Shown here in pieces: positions 8,874 through 19,653 of a stretch of 64,000 nt of DNA. Under the pieces are notes generated by a model. That model searched no databases, had not been told where the DNA came from, and was given only the letters and a program-made list of their open reading frames with translations. The number at the start of each line of letters is the position of its first letter. Positions within the stretch are counted from its first letter, which is position 1. The position numbers were made by a program, and so were the translations under genes. This DNA comes from Isoptericola halotolerans (GTDB lineage: Bacteria; Actinomycetota; Actinomycetes; Actinomycetales; Cellulomonadaceae): positions 248,001-312,000 of the forward strand of contig NZ_JABEZU010000003.1 in assembly GCF_013149785.1 (NCBI RefSeq). The letters are read 5' to 3'.

Positions 8874-9896
8874 TCAGGAGTCGGGGAAGCCCTGCGGGTT
8901 GGCGGACTGCCAGCGCCAGGTGTCGGCGCACATGTCGTCGATGGTCTTGCGTGCGTGCCAGCCGAGCTCGGTGTTCGCCCGGGTCGGGTCGGCCCAGAAG
9001 GCCGGGAGGTCTCCGGCTCGACGAGGTCCGACCTCGTAGGGCAGCTCGCGTCCCACCGCCCGCTCGAAGGCCTTGAGCATCGCCAGCACCGAGGTGCCGG
9101 TCCCCGTGCCGAGGTTGAAGGCCCGCACCGGGGTGGCCATCGAGTCCAGGTGCTCCAGGGCGGCGACGTGCCCGGCGGCGAGGTCCTCGACGTGCAGGTA
9201 GTCGCGCTCGCAGGTGCCGTCGGCGGTCGGGTAGTCGTCGCCGAACACCGTGAGCTTCTCGCGGCGCCCGACGGCGACCTGCGCGATGAACGGCATGAGG
9301 TTGTTCGGGATGCCCTGGGGGTCCTCGCCGATCTCGCCGGACGGATGGGCACCCACCGGGTTGAAGTACCGCAGCAGCGCCACACGCAGCCCGTCGGTGG
9401 CGGCCGCGACGTCGGACATGATGCGCTCGATCATGACCTTCGTCTGCCCGTACGGCGAGGACGAGGACAGGTGCTCGTAGTCCTCCTGGTAGGGCACCGG
9501 GGCGTGCTCTCCGTAGACGGTGGCCGAGGAGGAGAAGACGAGGCGTGGCACGTCGTGGCGGCGCATCGCCTCGAGCAGCGACAGGGTGGAGTCGAGGTTG
9601 TTGCGGTAGTACTCCAGCGGCTTGGCCACCGACTCCCCCACCGCCTTGAGGCCGGCGAAGTGGATGACCGCGTCGAAGGACTCGTGGGCGAACAGCAGCT
9701 CGGTCTTCTCGGCGTCCGTCAGGTCGATCGCGTGGACCGGCACGTGGGTCCCGGAGAGGGACTCCAGGCGCCCGATCACGGTCGGCTTGGCGTTGGAGAA
9801 GTCGTCGACGACGACCACGTCGTGCCCGGAGGCGATCAGGGAGAGGACCGTGTGAGAACCGATGTAGCCGGCACCGCCGGAGACGAGGACGCGCAT
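8874..9896 (-). CDS. galE: UDP-glucose 4-epimerase
   Basis: GGAGYIGSH, HFAGLKAVGES, FSSSATVYG, YGQTK, LRYFNPVGAH, PNNLMP. Confidence 0.97.
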   Translation of the reverse strand: MRVLVSGGAGYIGSHTVLSLIASGHDVVVVDDFSNAKPTVIGRLESLSGTHVPVHAIDLTDAEKTELLFAHESFDAVIHFAGLKAVGESVAKPLEYYRNNLDSTLSLLEAMRRHDVPRLVFSSSATVYGEHAPVPYQEDYEHLSSSSPYGQTKVMIERIMSDVAAATDGLRVALLRYFNPVGAHPSGEIGEDPQGIPNNLMPFIAQVAVGRREKLTVFGDDYPTADGTCERDYLHVEDLAAGHVAALEHLDSMATPVRAFNLGTGTGTSVLAMLKAFERAVGRELPYEVGPRRAGDLPAFWADPTRANTELGWHARKTIDDMCADTWRWQSANPQGFPDS

Positions 9897-9959
9897 GCCG
9901 CCGAGCCTACCCGGGTGACGGTGTCTGCCCGGGAGGTGCCCATGGACGCCGCAGGTCCG

Positions 9960-10574
9960 TCAACGGCCGAGCAGGTCGGCGAAGTCGGGCGTGTCGCCGA
10001 AGGGGTCGTCGACGCCGCCCCCGGCAGGCCGGGCGGCGACCGCGTCGGCGAGCTCACGCCCGGCCCGGGCGATGCGCCGCGGCAGGGCGGACTCGTCCTG
10101 ACCCGCCCAGTCGTCCGTCGCGGCGAACACGACGGTGGGCATCACCTGGGTGCGCAGGTAGGTCAGCAGCGGCCGCATCGAGTAGTCGAGCGCCAGGGAG
10201 TGCCGTGGCGTGCCGCCGGTGGCGCCGAGCAGCACGGGCTTCCCGGTCAGCGCGTCGGGGTCGATGATATCGACGAACGACTTGAACAGCCCCGAGTAGG
10301 TCGTGGTGAACAGCGGGCTGACCAGGATCAGTGCGTCCGCCTCGGCCACGGTCTGCAACGCCTCGGCGAGCCCGCCGGAGGGGAACCCGGTGAGCATGGC
10401 GTCCATGATCGCGTGGGCGTGCTCGCGCAGCTCGACGACCTCGACGTCGACCTCCAGCCCGGCGGCACGCAGCTCGTCGGCGGTGGCACCTGCGAGCCGG
10501 TCGGCCAGCAGGCGCGTCGAGGACGGCTGGGACAGTCCGGCGGAGACGACGGCGAGAGTGCGGTGGGTGCTCAT
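9960..10574 (-). CDS. NAD(P)H-dependent FMN reductase (CE1759/SsuE-like)
   Basis: VSAGLSQPSSTRLLAD, YSGLFKSFVD, ATGGTPRHSL; ATGA overlap with the LLM gene. Confidence 0.9.
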   Translation of the reverse strand: MSTHRTLAVVSAGLSQPSSTRLLADRLAGATADELRAAGLEVDVEVVELREHAHAIMDAMLTGFPSGGLAEALQTVAEADALILVSPLFTTTYSGLFKSFVDIIDPDALTGKPVLLGATGGTPRHSLALDYSMRPLLTYLRTQVMPTVVFAATDDWAGQDESALPRRIARAGRELADAVAARPAGGGVDDPFGDTPDFADLLGR

Positions 10575-11731
10575 CGGACGGACTCCTCGGCTCGGGCGCC
10601 CGTGACGGCGTCGACGCCGTCGCCCACGTGGGTCGCGGCGGTCCGGCCGGCGGCGCGTGCGGCGGCGACGCGCTCGGCGTGGGTGGGCGGGTTCAGCGGC
10701 ACGTCGTCGGCGGGGCGCTTGGCCTCGACGATCTTGCGCAGCTCGGGCACCACCTCGCCGGCGAGCAGGTCGATCTGCTCCAGCACGGTCTTCAGCGGCA
10801 GCCCGGCGTGGTCGATGAGGAACATCTGGCGCTGGTAGTAGCCGACGTCGTCGACGAAGGACGCGTACCGGTCGATGACCTGCTGCGGGGAGCCGACGGT
10901 CAGCGGCGTCTGGGCGGAGAAGTCCTCCAGCGACGGTCCGTGGCCGTAGACCGGGGCGACGTCGAAGTAGGGGCGGAACTGCCGCACGGCCTCCTGGCTG
11001 TTGCGGTGCAGGAACACCTGGCCCCCCAGGCCGACGATCGCCTGGTCGGCACGTCCGTGGCCGTGGTGCTCGTAGCGCTGGCGGTAGAAGCGCACCATCT
11101 GGCGGGTGTGGTGCATGGGCCAGAAGATGTTGTTGTGCAGGAACCCGTCGCCGTAGTAGGCGGCCTGCTCGGCGATCTCCGGGGAGCGGATCGAGCCGTG
11201 CCACACGAAGGGCGGGACGCCGTCGAGCGGTCGCGGGGTGGCGGTGAAGCCCTGGAGCGGGGTCCGGAACTTCCCCTCCCAGTCGACGACGTCCTCGGTC
11301 CACAGCCGACGCAGCAGGGCGTAGTTCTCCACGGCCAGCGGGATGCCGTTGCGGATGTCCTGGCCGAACCACGGGTAGACGGGACCGGTGTTGCCGCGAC
11401 CCATCATCAGGTCCATGCGGCCGTCGGAGATCACCTGGAGCATCGCGTACTCCTCGGCGAGCCGCACCGGGTCGTTGGTGGTGATCAGCGTGGTCGCCGT
11501 GGACAGCGTGATGTCTTTGGTCACGCCGGCGAGGTAGCCGAGCATCGTGGTGGGGCTGGAGGCGACGAACGGGGGGTTGTGGTGCTCGCCGGTGGCGAAG
11601 ACGTCCAGGCCCGCGGCGTCGGCGTGCTGGGCGATGGTGAGCATGCTGCGCACACGCTCGCTGTCGTCCGGTGCCCGCCCTGTGGTCGGGTCGGGCGTGA
11701 CGTCGGAGACGGAGAAGATGCCGAACTGCAC
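10571..11731 (-). CDS. Luciferase-like flavin-dependent monooxygenase (CE1758-like)
   Basis: MQFGIFSVSD, GEHHNPPF, TTNDPVRLAEEYA, GRGNTGPVYPWFG, WHGSIRSPE. Confidence 0.9.
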   Translation of the reverse strand: MQFGIFSVSDVTPDPTTGRAPDDSERVRSMLTIAQHADAAGLDVFATGEHHNPPFVASSPTTMLGYLAGVTKDITLSTATTLITTNDPVRLAEEYAMLQVISDGRMDLMMGRGNTGPVYPWFGQDIRNGIPLAVENYALLRRLWTEDVVDWEGKFRTPLQGFTATPRPLDGVPPFVWHGSIRSPEIAEQAAYYGDGFLHNNIFWPMHHTRQMVRFYRQRYEHHGHGRADQAIVGLGGQVFLHRNSQEAVRQFRPYFDVAPVYGHGPSLEDFSAQTPLTVGSPQQVIDRYASFVDDVGYYQRQMFLIDHAGLPLKTVLEQIDLLAGEVVPELRKIVEAKRPADDVPLNPPTHAERVAAARAAGRTAATHVGDGVDAVTGARAEESVR

Positions 11732-11754
11732 GATGACTCCCAGGATCGCTCACG

Positions 11755-11776
11755 GATCCATGCGTTTGCATGTATC
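11755..11776. promoter_or_regulatory. Palindromic operator upstream of the LLM gene
   Basis: GATCCATGC-GTTT-GCATGTATC dyad immediately downstream of the ECF-type promoter. Confidence 0.45.
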
Positions 11777-11784
11777 GACGGGCT

Positions 11785-11811
11785 CAACCCGCGCTTCCTC
11801 CCGATTGTTCC
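11785..11811 (-). promoter_or_regulatory. SigR/SigH-type promoter for the LLM-FMN reductase operon
   Basis: The minus strand reads GGAAC-N18-GTTG. Confidence 0.7.
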
Positions 11812-11974
11812 CGGTCGTCGGGCTCACACCAGTGCGCGACGGGGTGACGTCACCCACAACGGCGCCCTGCAGCGGTTCTCGACTTGCGTGGCGGGCTCGC
11901 GCTCGCCAGCCTTGACCTGCACCGGCCCCCACCCGGAAGAGCCGGTACGCTTCACCGGTTCTTCACGCCCGCGC

Positions 11975-12001
11975 GGAACAACCCCCGCCGGGCGCGCGTT
12001 G
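11975..12001 (+). promoter_or_regulatory. SigR/SigH-type promoter for rbpA
   Basis: GGAAC-N18-GTTG upstream of rbpA, a known SigR target in Streptomyces. Confidence 0.75.
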
Positions 12002-12041
12002 GAGAACAAGGCCCCTAACCCATCGACCTGTGGAGGACGAC

Positions 12042-12386
12042 ATGCCCGACCGCTCCCTGCGCGGCATGAGCATCGGCAGCAAGAGCATGGAGTCCGACGA
12101 GGGCGTGGACTTCGCCCCGCGGTTCCAGGCCCACTACGACTGCCCCAACGGCCACACCATCATCCTGCCGTTCTCCACCGAGGCCGAGGTCCCCCCGCTG
12201 TGGGAGTGCCAGTGTGGCGGTGAGGCGCTGCTGCGTGACGCAGAGCGCCCCGAGGCCAAGCCGACCAAGCCCCAGCGCACCCACTGGGACATGCTGCTCG
12301 AGCGCCGCTCGGTCTCCGAGCTCGAAGAGCTGCTCGACGAGCGTCTCGAGCTGCTGCGCGCCGGCAAGCTGCGCCGCTCCGCCTGA
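12042..12386 (+). CDS. rbpA: RNA polymerase-binding protein RbpA
   Basis: DRSLRGMSIGSKSME, YDCPNGH, AEVPPLWEC, RTHWDMLLERRSVSELEELLDERL; GGAGG RBS. Confidence 0.95.
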   Translation: MPDRSLRGMSIGSKSMESDEGVDFAPRFQAHYDCPNGHTIILPFSTEAEVPPLWECQCGGEALLRDAERPEAKPTKPQRTHWDMLLERRSVSELEELLDERLELLRAGKLRRSA

Positions 12387-12430
12387 CACACCGCCCACCT
12401 CGGGGTCGGCACCCGGTACAGAGATGAAGA

Positions 12431-12468
12431 ATGCGGTCCTCCCTCGACGGAGGACCGCATCTTTCGTT
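12431..12468 (+). terminator. Intrinsic terminator between rbpA and ppm1
   Basis: ATGCGGTCCTCC-CTCGAC-GGAGGACCGCAT 12-bp stem followed by CTTTCGTT. Confidence 0.8.
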
Positions 12469-12488
12469 CCCGCGACGCTCGGCGAGCG

Positions 12489-13244
12489 TCAGGGGCGCCT
12501 CCCGCGCCCGGCCGACGCCGCACGCAGCTGTGCCCACCGGTGCCGCACACCCCACAGCGTGACCTTCGTCAGCGCCTCGACGACGATCGAGCGCGACATC
12601 TTCGAGCTCCCGGCCGCACGCTCGACGAAGGTGATCGGCACCTCGGCGACCGCTCCCCCGCCCTGCAGCACCCGCCACGTCATGTCGACCTGGAAGCAGT
12701 ACCCGTGCGACTCCACCGACCGCAGGTCCACCGCGCGGAGCGCAGCGGCCCGGAACGCCCGGAAGCCGCCCGTCGCGTCGCGCACCCCGATACCGAGGGC
12801 CCCACGCACGTAGGTGTTCCCCCCGCGCGAGAGCACCGACCGGTACCACGGCCAGTTCACCACCCGCCCTCCCGGTACCCAGCGTGAGCCGATGACCAGG
12901 TCGGGAGCGTCGTCGGCCACCAGCCGCCCGAGCAGCCGGTCCAGCTCCTCCGGGCGGTGCGAGCCGTCGGCATCCATCTCGCACAGCACGTCGTACCCCC
13001 GCTCCAGCCCCCAGCCGAAGCCGGCCACGTAGGCCGCGCCGAGGCCGCCCTTGCCCGCCCGGTGCAGCACGTGCAGCCGTTCGTCGTCGGCCGCTCTCGC
13101 CGCGGCCAGGTCCCCGGTCCCGTCCGGCGAGGCGTCGTCGACCACGAGCACGTCGACCTGCGGCGCCTCGGCGCGCAAGCGGTCGAGCAGCCCGGGCAAC
13201 GACTCGCGCTCGTCGTAGGTGGGCACGATCACCAGCGTCCTCAT
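12489..13244 (-). CDS. ppm1: Polyprenol monophosphomannose synthase (GT2)
   Basis: [54 protein letters not shown]; next to lnt and rbpA. Confidence 0.9.
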   Translation of the reverse strand: MRTLVIVPTYDERESLPGLLDRLRAEAPQVDVLVVDDASPDGTGDLAAARAADDERLHVLHRAGKGGLGAAYVAGFGWGLERGYDVLCEMDADGSHRPEELDRLLGRLVADDAPDLVIGSRWVPGGRVVNWPWYRSVLSRGGNTYVRGALGIGVRDATGGFRAFRAAALRAVDLRSVESHGYCFQVDMTWRVLQGGGAVAEVPITFVERAAGSSKMSRSIVVEALTKVTLWGVRHRWAQLRAASAGRGRRP

Positions 13245-14995
13245 CGCTCACCCCGGCGCGTGCGGCGCTCGCGGACGGCGGTCACCAGCCCGGCCAGGGT
13301 CAGGCCCGCCCCCAGAGTGCTGATGATCCAGCCGGGCCAGTAGCCCGCCTGCACCGCCGGGGTGAGCGTGGTGCGCAGCGGCAGCGCGGCGACCATCTGG
13401 TCGGCGGTGAACAGCCCGGTGCCGGCCAGCAGGGTGCCGTCCGGCGCGACGATCCCCGAGACTCCGACCGTGGAGATCTGTACCGCGGCACGTCCCGTCG
13501 CGATGGCCTGCATGCGGGTCATCGCGAGCTGCTGGGTGGACTCGGCCGTGTACCCGAACGACGCGTTGTTGGTGGGCACCACCAGGACCTGGGCACCGCG
13601 GGCGACGGCGTCGCGGACGATCTCGTCGTAGGCGACCTCGAAGCAGATCACCGTGGCGAGCGGGACCACCGACCCGTCGTCGCGAGGCAGGTCCACCACC
13701 GCGGGCTCGACGCCGGGCAGCATGTCGGTGGACACCCGGTCGACCTGGTCGGAGAAGATCCGCACGAAGCCGCGCAGCGGGATGTACTCGCCGAACGGTG
13801 CCGGGTGCTGCTTGGCGTACCGGTCGGTGACGCCCTGACCCGCCCGCCACAGCAATGAGACGTTGTAGCGCCCGCCGGTCTCAGGGAACTCCTGGGCCCC
13901 GACGAGGATCGGCGCGCCGACCGCCTCGGCCGCGTCGTCGAGCGCGGCAGCCACCTCCGGCGCCTCCTGCGGGTCGAGGTCGGAGCCGTTCTCGGGCCAC
14001 AGCACGACGTCGAGGTCCTCGGGGCGGGAGGCCAGCACCGCGGTGCCGTCCAGGTGGTTGTTCAGCACCTCGGCGCGGTTGGCGAAGGACCCCAGCCCGG
14101 GCTCGGTGACGTTGCCCTGGACGGCTCCGGCGACCAGGACGGGTCCGTCGGCCTCGTGGGTGGCGGTCCCGGCATCGACCACCGTGGAGTCCAGCTCGGC
14201 GGTGGCGACCGGGGTGGCCCGCGGGTCCGACGGCAGCGGGAGCAGCGCGGGCGCCACCACGACCGCCGCCGCCGCGACGACCAGGATCCCCGCCGACGTC
14301 GTCGCCCGGGCTGCCGCGCCCGGGATGCGGCGGGAGCGCCGGGCGAGGACGACCCGTCCGACGGCGAGGGCGCCCAGCGCACCGGCGAAAGCCACCAGCA
14401 GCGAGGCGAGCACCGATCCCCCGAGCCAGGCCGACCGGCCGGTCGGGGCGTCGACCACGGTCCAGGCCAGCCGACCCCAGGGGAACCCCCCGAAAGGGGC
14501 TTCCGAGCGCAGCTGTTCGACCGCGACGAGCACGAGGGCGAAGGCCCCGGCACGGGCGACGGCCCACCCGGTCCCGGACCCGGGCGTGCGGAGACCGGGA
14601 AGGCGGCGCGCAGCTGTCCAGGCCGCCCCCAGCAGTGCGCCGAAGGAGGCCTGCAGCCCGGCCAGGGCCAGCCACGGGACGGTGTCGGTGGCGAAGTTCG
14701 CCCACCAGATGTGCGGCAACCAGAAGGTCAGCATCGCGACGAACCCGACGAGCGCGTTCCAGCCGGCGGCGCGCCCGGTGTCACGGCGCAGCGCCGCGAG
14801 GAGCAGGGCGACGGAGACGAGGGCCAGCGGCCAGGCCCCGACGTCGGGGAAGGCCGCCCACAGGCAGACGCCCGAGGCGACGGCGAGCAGCAGCGTGACG
14901 GGGCGGGAGGTCCACAGGTCCGCGTGCGGGACGTCGCCGGGCACCGGCGGGTCGGCGGCTGGGCCCTCGGTGCGGGGAGGCACGGTAGCGGTCAT
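13241..14995 (-). CDS. lnt: Apolipoprotein N-acyltransferase
   Basis: TM N-terminus, [46 protein letters not shown]. Confidence 0.93.
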   Translation of the reverse strand: MTATVPPRTEGPAADPPVPGDVPHADLWTSRPVTLLLAVASGVCLWAAFPDVGAWPLALVSVALLLAALRRDTGRAAGWNALVGFVAMLTFWLPHIWWANFATDTVPWLALAGLQASFGALLGAAWTAARRLPGLRTPGSGTGWAVARAGAFALVLVAVEQLRSEAPFGGFPWGRLAWTVVDAPTGRSAWLGGSVLASLLVAFAGALGALAVGRVVLARRSRRIPGAAARATTSAGILVVAAAAVVVAPALLPLPSDPRATPVATAELDSTVVDAGTATHEADGPVLVAGAVQGNVTEPGLGSFANRAEVLNNHLDGTAVLASRPEDLDVVLWPENGSDLDPQEAPEVAAALDDAAEAVGAPILVGAQEFPETGGRYNVSLLWRAGQGVTDRYAKQHPAPFGEYIPLRGFVRIFSDQVDRVSTDMLPGVEPAVVDLPRDDGSVVPLATVICFEVAYDEIVRDAVARGAQVLVVPTNNASFGYTAESTQQLAMTRMQAIATGRAAVQISTVGVSGIVAPDGTLLAGTGLFTADQMVAALPLRTTLTPAVQAGYWPGWIISTLGAGLTLAGLVTAVRERRTRRGER

Positions 14996-14998
14996 CGG

Positions 14999-16666
14999 TC
15001 AGGCGTCGAGGGCGTCGTACAGCACGACGCCGTCGCGGACGGTACGCAGGCACTGCGGTGCGGGTGCGCCGGGTGACAGGTCGGGCAGCAGCGGCTGCCC
15101 CGAACGGGCCTCGGGGTTCCACTGGGACAGCCGCCCCGGGGCGGACTGGACGGCGAGCTGGTCCGCCCGCCAGACGGCCAGGTGAGCGGGGGCCCCGACC
15201 CGCAGCTCGCCCGCGCCGGTGTGGTCGAGGCCTGCCAGTCGCCACCCGCCGCGCGAGTGGGCGCGGAAGGCCGCCCGTGCGCTGATCCGCTGGGAGGAGT
15301 CGGCATGGCTGATGGCGCCGCGCACCGCCTGCCACGGGTCCGACGGGGTCACCGGGGAGTCCGACCCGAACGCCAGAGGGACCCCGGCACCGGCGAGGTC
15401 GGCGAAGGGCGACAGGCTCGAGGCACGGGGCCCTCCCAGTCGCGTGGCGTACATCCCGTGCGGGCCGCCCCAGGTGGCGTCGAAGGCGGGCTGGATCGAC
15501 AGGGCGACGCCGTACAGCAGCAGCGCCGACAGGGCCGCGGCGTCGACCAGCATGGCGTGCTCCACGCGGTGGTGGCCGCTGCGCACCACGGAGGCGTCGG
15601 CCAGCCCGGCCGCGGTCTCGAGCCCGTGCATCAGCTCGTCCATCGCCCGGTCGCCGATGACGTGGAACCCTCCCTGCAGCCCGGCCTGCGAGCAGGCGAC
15701 CAGATGGGCGGCGATCTGGTCGGCGGACAGGTGGAGGACTCCGTTGGGCGAGGTGCCGGGGGCGCTGGGGTAGGGCAGGTCGGCATACGGCGCCCGCATC
15801 GCGGCCGTGCGGGACCCGATCGTGCCGTCGACCGTCAGGTCGCCGCCGGCACCGGTCAGGAAGGGCAGCTCGGCGCGCAGCTGACGCGCGTCGTCGGCCG
15901 ACGCACACAGCTCGCCGCGGTAGGCGACCACGTGCGGCAGCAGCTCGTCGGGGTCGGCGGCCAGGGCCATCAGCTCGGTCAGGCCGGCGCGGGTGTCGAC
16001 GTGCGGGGCACTCATCTCGTGCACGCCCACCACGCCGCGCGACGCGGCCTGGCGCAGCGCCTGACGATAGGCGCGGGACCGGCGTGCCGGGTCGATGTCG
16101 CGGGCGGCCGTGCGGGCCTTGACGTACGCGGGGCCCCACACCAGCCCGCTGCCGTCCCAGGAGTGCTCGTGGTCGATGCCGGTGGATGCCGCGAAGGAGG
16201 ACGACACCAGGGCGGCCTGCCCGTCGACCCGCACCGCCAGGGTGGGGCGTCCGCCGGTGGCGGCGTCCAGCTCTGCGAGGTGCGGGGCACGCTTCGCCGG
16301 CCAGGCGTGCTCGTCCCAGCCGTAGGCCAGGAGGACCTCACGGCCTCCCGGGTCGGAGGCGTCGAGCGCGCGGGCTCCGGCCGCCAGGGCGTCCAGCGCG
16401 GCCGCCAGGTCCGGCGTGGCGCGCGGCGTGAGGTCGACGGCCTCCAGCGCGAGGCCCGTGTCCAGCGTGCGCACGTGGGCGTCGACGAACCCGGGAGTCA
16501 CCAGCGCCCCGTCGAGGTCGACCACCTCGTCGGCCCGTGCGGCCAGCCCGGCCGCGGTGTCCTCGGCACCCAGCCAGGCCACGACCCCGTCGTCGACGAG
16601 GATCGCCTCGGCGAACGGGTCCGCGGAGGAGTGGACGACACCGTTGCGGTACAGGGTGGAGGTCAC
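14999..16666 (-). CDS. Amidohydrolase family 3 (YtcJ/Rv2052c-like)
   Basis: PGFVDAHV, DGTIGSRTAAM, FHVIGDRA, HRVEHA, FGSDSPV. Confidence 0.85.
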   Translation of the reverse strand: MTSTLYRNGVVHSSADPFAEAILVDDGVVAWLGAEDTAAGLAARADEVVDLDGALVTPGFVDAHVRTLDTGLALEAVDLTPRATPDLAAALDALAAGARALDASDPGGREVLLAYGWDEHAWPAKRAPHLAELDAATGGRPTLAVRVDGQAALVSSSFAASTGIDHEHSWDGSGLVWGPAYVKARTAARDIDPARRSRAYRQALRQAASRGVVGVHEMSAPHVDTRAGLTELMALAADPDELLPHVVAYRGELCASADDARQLRAELPFLTGAGGDLTVDGTIGSRTAAMRAPYADLPYPSAPGTSPNGVLHLSADQIAAHLVACSQAGLQGGFHVIGDRAMDELMHGLETAAGLADASVVRSGHHRVEHAMLVDAAALSALLLYGVALSIQPAFDATWGGPHGMYATRLGGPRASSLSPFADLAGAGVPLAFGSDSPVTPSDPWQAVRGAISHADSSQRISARAAFRAHSRGGWRLAGLDHTGAGELRVGAPAHLAVWRADQLAVQSAPGRLSQWNPEARSGQPLLPDLSPGAPAPQCLRTVRDGVVLYDALDA

Positions 16667-16729
16667 GGCCGAAAGCCTAGAGCACCACGCGTCAGGGTCG
16701 CCGTCGACCTCCTCACGATGCTGTCACGA

Positions 16730-19597
16730 TCACAGGCTCGAGTAGGCCACCACCCCGCGCAGCACCGCGTCCTGGGCCCTGCGGGCCGCGGCCCGCAGGG
16801 CCGGCCGGGGCGCGGCGACCGCGAGCTGGTCGAGGACGTCGACGACCTGCTTGCACCAGCGGACGAAGTCGCCGGCGGCGACGTCGGTGCCGCGCAGCAC
16901 CGCGTCGAGGCTCTTGCCGGACGCCCACCGGTGCACGGCACCGGCGAGCCCGAGGTCCAGCGGCCCCGTGGTGTCCAGATGGTGGGAGGCCTCCAGGGCG
17001 ACCACCTGCGACCAGACCTCGGCGGTGGCGTCGAGCGCCGTCGCCAGCCGTCCCTCGGGGCCGCCGGGGACATACGGGTCGCTCGTCTCCTCCCGCCGGC
17101 CGGAGTAGACGACGGCGGAGACCGCTGCGGCGAGCTCGGCCGGGTGCAACCTGTCCCAGGTGCCCTGGCGCAGGCACTCGGCCAGCAGCAGGTCGTCCTC
17201 GGCGTACAGCCGGCGCAGCCAGAGCCCGGACTCCGTGACCACGACCTTGCCGCCGCCGTCGGTCCCGAGGTAGCCCAGCGTCCGCAGGACCGCGCAGGTG
17301 CGGTCGAAGGTGCGCGCGACCGAACCGGTGCGCCCCTCGATGCGACGCACGAGCGTGGCGTGCTCGCGGCGCAGCGTCGTGGCTCGCGTCGCCCACCGGG
17401 CATGGTCGTCCCGCTCGGGGCAGGAGTGGCACGGGTGCGCGCGCAGCTCGGCGCGCAGGCGCTGGACCTGCTCGTCCGTCGAGGCGTCGCTGCGACGCCC
17501 GGGTCGGCGGCCACCGGGGGCGCGTCCGTTGCCGCCGTCGTCGGCGAAGGCGCCCAGCGCGTTGCGCATCGAGGAGGCGAGGTCACGGCGGGACTCGGGC
17601 CGACGCGGGTTGAACCCGGAGGGGATCTTCACCCGCGTGACGGTGCGCACCCCGCCGGGCACGTCGGCCAGGGTGAGCTTCTTGACCTGCTTCTCCTGGG
17701 TGAGCACCGTGGGTCGTGGCCCGTCGAACCCGCCCTCGGCCTGCCCCGGGTCCAGGACCACCACGTAGCCGCGCCGCCGCCCCGTGGGGACCTCGACGAC
17801 GTCGCCGCGCCGCAGCTTCTCCAAGGACGACACCGCGTCGGCACGCCGGGCGCCCTGGTCGGCGCGCGAGAGCTCCTTCTCCCGGTCGCTCAACGCCTCC
17901 CGGATCGACATGTACTGCCCGAAGTCGCCGCGGTCGCACGACATCGCCTCGGTGTAGCCCTCCAGGGCCTCGGCGTGGGCCTGCGCCTGCTTGGCCAGGC
18001 CCACCACGCCCCGGTCGGCCTGGAACTGGGCGAAGCTCGTCTCCAGGACGTCCCGGGCCCGGTCCGCGCCGACCTGGCCGACCAGGTTGACCGCCATGTT
18101 GTAGGTCGGGCGGAAGCTGGAGCGCAGCGGGTACAGACGGCGCGAGGCCAGGCCCGCCAGCGCCACGGGGTCCAGACCCTGGTGGTCGACGACGACGGCG
18201 TGCCCCTCGACGTCGATGCCGCGTCGCCCGGCACGCCCGGTGAGCTGGGTGTACTCCCCGGGGGTCACCGGCTGGTGCGCGGTGCCGTCCCACTTGACCA
18301 GCTTCTCCATCACCACCGAGCGGGCCGGCATGTTGATGCCCAGCGCCAGCGTCTCGGTGGCGAACACCACCTTGACCAGGCCGCGGGCGAACAGCTCCTC
18401 CACCGTCTCCTTGAAGATCGGCAGCAGCCCGGCGTGGTGGGCGGCGATGCCCCGGCACAGCGCGTGCTGCCACGACCAGAAGCCGAGCACGTCGAGGTCC
18501 TCGGGCGGGATCGTCACGGTGCGCTCGTCGACGACGCGGCGGATCTCCGCCTCCTCCTCGGCGTCGGTCAGCCGCAGGCCCGCGCCGAGGCACTGCTCGA
18601 CCGCGCCCTCGCAGCCGGCGCGCGAGAAGATGAAGTAGATCGCCGGCAGCAGGGCGTCGGCGTCCAGGGCCTCCACGACGCCGAAGCGCCGCGGTGTGCG
18701 CCGCTGCGGCACCGCCCCCCCGGCGGGCCGGGCACCGCCGCGGCCACGGTATCCGCGGTCCCCGCGACCCCGTCGGCCGCGAGCCGGACCGGCGTCGGAG
18801 CGCCCGTGCGTCCGGAACAGCCGGGCCAGGTCAGGGTCGATCGGCGGGTTCGTCCCCGGGTCGGTCGGGTCGACGTGCCCGGCGTACAGGTCGAACAACC
18901 GCGGCACCCCGCGCGGTTCGGTGGGTGCGGTGATGACGTGCTGCCACAGCGGCACGGGCCGGCGCTCGCTGACGACGACGGCGGTGTCGCCGCGGACGGT
19001 GGCGAGCCAGTCACCGAACTCCTCGGCGTTGGACACCGTCGCGGACAGGGACACGAGCTGGACGTGGTCGGGAAGGTGGATGATCACCTCTTCCCACACC
19101 GGTCCGCGGAACCGGTCGGCGAGGTAGTGCACCTCGTCCATGACCACGTAGGCCAGCCCTTCGAGCGCCGTGGAGCCCGCGTAGAGCATGTTGCGCAGCA
19201 CCTCGGTGGTCATGACCACCACCGGTGCGTCGGCGTTGATCGACGTGTCCCCGGTGAGCAGCCCGACGTTCGCGGCCCCGTGGCGCCGCGCCAGGTCGTG
19301 GAACTTCTGGTTGCTCAGCGCCTTGATGGGCGTGGTGTAGAACGCCTTGGTCCCCGAGGCGAGCGCCAGGTGGACGGCGAACTCGCCCACGACGGTCTTG
19401 CCCGCCCCGGTGGGTGCGGCGACCAGGACGCCGCGACCTGCCTCCAGCGCGGCGCAGGCGTCGGCCTGGAAGGGGTCGAGCTCGAAGTCGAGCTCCTTGC
19501 GGAACCGTCCGAGCTCGCCGAGGGCGTCGGCCTTGTCGCGGGCGGAGCGGGACCGGGCGGCGGCGTACCGCTCCGCTGGGGTGAGATCGGCCGTCAT
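16730..19597 (-). CDS. helY: Ski2-like DEAD/DEAH-box helicase HelY
   Basis: APTGAGKT, TPIKALSNQK, MTTEVLRNM, DEVH, SAT, FATETLALGINMPA, QLTGRAGRRG; DSHCT C-terminus (AGDFVRWCKQVVDVL). Confidence 0.93.
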   Translation of the reverse strand: MTADLTPAERYAAARSRSARDKADALGELGRFRKELDFELDPFQADACAALEAGRGVLVAAPTGAGKTVVGEFAVHLALASGTKAFYTTPIKALSNQKFHDLARRHGAANVGLLTGDTSINADAPVVVMTTEVLRNMLYAGSTALEGLAYVVMDEVHYLADRFRGPVWEEVIIHLPDHVQLVSLSATVSNAEEFGDWLATVRGDTAVVVSERRPVPLWQHVITAPTEPRGVPRLFDLYAGHVDPTDPGTNPPIDPDLARLFRTHGRSDAGPARGRRGRGDRGYRGRGGARPAGGAVPQRRTPRRFGVVEALDADALLPAIYFIFSRAGCEGAVEQCLGAGLRLTDAEEEAEIRRVVDERTVTIPPEDLDVLGFWSWQHALCRGIAAHHAGLLPIFKETVEELFARGLVKVVFATETLALGINMPARSVVMEKLVKWDGTAHQPVTPGEYTQLTGRAGRRGIDVEGHAVVVDHQGLDPVALAGLASRRLYPLRSSFRPTYNMAVNLVGQVGADRARDVLETSFAQFQADRGVVGLAKQAQAHAEALEGYTEAMSCDRGDFGQYMSIREALSDREKELSRADQGARRADAVSSLEKLRRGDVVEVPTGRRRGYVVVLDPGQAEGGFDGPRPTVLTQEKQVKKLTLADVPGGVRTVTRVKIPSGFNPRRPESRRDLASSMRNALGAFADDGGNGRAPGGRRPGRRSDASTDEQVQRLRAELRAHPCHSCPERDDHARWATRATTLRREHATLVRRIEGRTGSVARTFDRTCAVLRTLGYLGTDGGGKVVVTESGLWLRRLYAEDDLLLAECLRQGTWDRLHPAELAAAVSAVVYSGRREETSDPYVPGGPEGRLATALDATAEVWSQVVALEASHHLDTTGPLDLGLAGAVHRWASGKSLDAVLRGTDVAAGDFVRWCKQVVDVLDQLAVAAPRPALRAAARRAQDAVLRGVVAYSSL

Positions 19598-19653
19598 GGT
19601 CGCCAGCCTACGGCGGACCCGGACAGGTTCCCGCTCGGCGCCGTGGCGGCGGC

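Noticed and set aside
19605..19625. PafBC (RecA-NDp) promoter upstream of helY
   Set aside because: TGTC-N11-TAGGCT is one base short of the canonical spacing, so it is suggestive only.
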